Below are positions 61,883 through 64,000 of a stretch of DNA of 64,000 nucleotides, piece by piece. The translations under genes were made by a program, and so were the position numbers. Where the stretch lies: assembly GCA_965248535.1 (NCBI GenBank), contig CBDFJR010000002.1, positions 2,112,001 to 2,176,000 of the forward strand. Direction: 5' to 3'. Source of the DNA: Phormidesmis sp. (GTDB lineage: Bacteria; Cyanobacteriota; Cyanobacteriia; Leptolyngbyales; Leptolyngbyaceae). Every line of letters begins with the position of its first letter. The stretch's first letter is position 1. The notes beneath the pieces are model-generated. The model saw nothing but the letters and a program-made list of their open reading frames with translations. It had not been told where the DNA came from and searched no databases.

Positions 61883-62590
61883 CTATTGACCTCGCGATTG
61901 CCCTTCGGTGGTGGCGATTTCGCCTGTCTCCATCAGTTGCTTAAAGCGCCGCAGTTCATCCCCGATTTGCTGTTCGGGTTCTTTGCCAAAGAGCTTGGCG
62001 ATCGCGGCCGTCAACATTCCCCCTGGCACGTTATATTCCATCACGACTTTGACTTCGGTGCCCCGATCGCCAGGAGCAGGTTGAAATCGAACAAAGCCGG
62101 AGTTATCGACTTCTGCGCCTTCCTCAGATGCCCAAGCAATTAGCTGATTAGGCTGATCGTTGATAATGTCGGCATCCCACTCGATCGTTTGACCTAGCGG
62201 AGCGTTGGCGACCCAGTGCGATCGCCGCAGATCGATCACTTGCACCGATTTGACGTGTTTCATAAACGTCGGCAGATTTTCAAAGTTATGCCAATAGTTG
62301 TAGAGATCTTCAGCCGATCGATTGATGGTTACAGTCTTCTCAACCTTGATCGCTTTGTTGATACCTGTTGCGTCAGTGACTTTTTCTTGAAGGCTTTTGT
62401 CTGCGGTTGCGCCATGATAGGCAAGACTTCCGCCTGCTATTGCCGTCAGGATTCCTCTCAGCGATCGCTGTTGCAATCCCATTAGCACCATCGCGCTACC
62501 ACCGACGATCGAGGCCCAGCGTTCTTGATCAGAAATGGTGGCATCGCTTTGAGCCTGACTTTGACTCAGCTTGTCTGATTCGACTTCCAT
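61883..62590 (-). CDS. SRPBCC (cyclase/dehydrase) family protein with N-terminal DUF2892-like segment
   Basis: ERWAS..GG, W.NFENLP.FM, RSHW, IAWAS, LRRFKQLMETGEI. Confidence 0.88.
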   Translation of the reverse strand: MEVESDKLSQSQAQSDATISDQERWASIVGGSAMVLMGLQQRSLRGILTAIAGGSLAYHGATADKSLQEKVTDATGINKAIKVEKTVTINRSAEDLYNYWHNFENLPTFMKHVKSVQVIDLRRSHWVANAPLGQTIEWDADIINDQPNQLIAWASEEGAEVDNSGFVRFQPAPGDRGTEVKVVMEYNVPGGMLTAAIAKLFGKEPEQQIGDELRRFKQLMETGEIATTEGQSRGQ

Positions 62591-62788
62591 GATAGTTTGG
62601 CTGTAAATGTGGGTTAAGCCTAGGTCTGGACTGCGATCGCTCTCCTCGTTCTGGGGAGATAAGCCTGTCTCTTCCTAGAGAAGGATCTCTGGCTCAAAAC
62701 TTAGGCGATCTACCTATTTGAAGATTTTTGTGAATTTTGAAATTCGTTAACGTGCAGGGGTGAACGGATAGTTTTGGAGCGATGAGTG

Positions 62789-63302
62789 ATGTCTGATGCA
62801 GAATATGCCGAAGCTAGCCAAACCGATCGTGATGATCTAGAGTCAGCAGTTCACGATCTGGGCGGAGACATTGAGGCGTTAGAAGAGCCAGAAGGAGCCT
62901 GAAGAAATTGCTGATGACGACGTGCCGCAGGAGATAACGGAATCTTATGGGACAGGTGTTCATGAGGTTCCGGGCTTCAGCCTCGGGGGGCGGACAATGG
63001 GCGATCGTAGGCACGAGTTCAACGAGGCGACCCCTGAATTAACGGGCGGCGACATCGATGCCAACTATGAGCAAGCCGAAGCGGATGGCGACGAATCGGT
63101 CGGCGGCACCGTCAACACTCCTGATATGGATATTGTGGATGACTTAGGAAAAGCAGTCGGTTTAGAGATGAACGACTTTAACTATCTGCACACGAATGAG
63201 ATTTTAGAACAACGCGATGACAAACGCTGGGAGCTAGAACCAAAGTCATCCGACGATTACGATGAACGAAAAGACTTAGAAGCGGAAGAAGAAATCTATT
63301 AA
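62789..63302 (+). pseudogene. DUF6335-like acidic protein, apparently frameshifted near 62893
   Basis: ATG 62789 (GGAG RBS) opens an acidic frame that stops at 62900-62902. The conserved part (LTGGDIDA, GDESVGG, TPD.D.VD.LG, RD..RWEL) is in the +1 frame, which is open only from 62883. Confidence 0.6.
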
Positions 63303-63348
63303 GATTGCTTTTTGCAACTAGTAATCACGCTAAAACGAAGAACTGAAA

Positions 63349-64000
63349 ATGAATTTGAAACCTATTGATCAACAAGTCGTTGTAGTGGTTGGAGCATCCA
63401 GCGGAATCGGGAGAGACACGGCGCTAAAGTTTGCCCAAAAGGGCGCAAAGGTAGCGGTGTCTGCCCGCAGTCAAGAAGGATTAGCCACGCTAGTCGAAGA
63501 GATTTCTGCTAGGGGGGGAGACGCGATCGCCATTCCGGCTGACGTGGCTGACTTTAATCAAGTGCAGGCGATCGCCGATAAAACCGTCGAGCACTTCGGA
63601 CGACTAGATACTTGGGTTCATCTTGCAGCCACTAGCGTGTTTGCCACCTTCGACACCGTGACTCCCGAAGAATTTAAGCGGGTCGTAGATGTGACTCTAA
63701 TGGGTCAGGTTTATGGTGCAATGGTAGCGTTGCCTTATCTCAAGCGCGAAGGACGGGGCGCATTGATCCACATCACCTCAATGGAGGGACGGCGATCGCT
63801 GCCTTATCAAAGCGCTTATTCTGCGTCTAAACATGGTGCGATCGGGTTCATTGACGCGATGCGACTCGAACTCAAGAAAGAGGGCTATCCAATTAGCGTC
63901 ACCAACATTATGCCTGGTGTGATCAACACTCCTTTCTACAACAAGGGCAAGACAAAACTGGGCGTAAAACCAACCGGAGTGCCGCCCTACTACAGCGCAA
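63349..64000 (+). CDS. SDR-family oxidoreductase, partial (runs off the window end)
   Basis: Manual translation MNLKPIDQQVVVVVGASSGIG...AYSASKHG (YxxxK); not in the ORF track. Confidence 0.92.
   Translation, partial: MNLKPIDQQVVVVVGASSGIGRDTALKFAQKGAKVAVSARSQEGLATLVEEISARGGDAIAIPADVADFNQVQAIADKTVEHFGRLDTWVHLAATSVFATFDTVTPEEFKRVVDVTLMGQVYGAMVALPYLKREGRGALIHITSMEGRRSLPYQSAYSASKHGAIGFIDAMRLELKKEGYPISVTNIMPGVINTPFYNKGKTKLGVKPTGVPPYYSA

Noticed and set aside
54966..62724. TCT-N10-AGA dyads upstream of stress genes (54966, 62709, variant at 62644)
   Set aside because: Information content is too low to support from a single window.
999..63014. Numerous short track ORFs overlapping or antisense to confident genes (e.g. 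37522-38055, 13626-14009, 14261-14497)
   Set aside because: Shadow frames of real genes or of repeats, with no recognisable motifs.

Overview
Chromosomal window from a cyanobacterium. HIP1 (GCGATCGC) is very frequent and the gene content is typical of cyanobacteria; a filamentous lineage is my inference. The backbone is housekeeping genes: gltX, tRNA-Asp, a MacAB-type ABC exporter, clpS, dapL, rlmN, lgt, cobM, argC, ribBA, cofH, folK, a photolyase, and a stress/carbohydrate cluster at the right end. Four accessory segments interrupt it. (1) About 28.2-32.1 kb: an integron-type cassette array with three attC sites, a duplicated 108-bp ORF-less unit and no integrase in the window. (2) A lone AT-rich HNH-like gene upstream of folK. 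(3) About 45.5-54.9 kb: a protease-rich island. Here a membrane pentapeptide-repeat protein and a caspase-like CHAT protease share a 23-aa motif (17/23 identical, mostly recoded at the DNA level). This is the best candidate for an undescribed system, possibly homotypic or amyloid-type signalling. The island also encodes a trypsin fused to an apparently inactive amidase, a Trypco1/trypsin-TM-TPR pair and a GH108 lysozyme. (4) About 57.2-60.5 kb: vapBC plus a coupled pair, a HEPN-like protein and a P-loop ATPase ending in a Zn ribbon and an alpha-CTD/HhH-like domain. Outside the ORF track I also found an NsiR1-like sRNA with a DIF1-type TCCGGA promoter, a 59-aa zinc-finger gene, a frameshifted gene and several dispersed repeats. 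All family assignments come from motif recognition by eye; no database searches were run.
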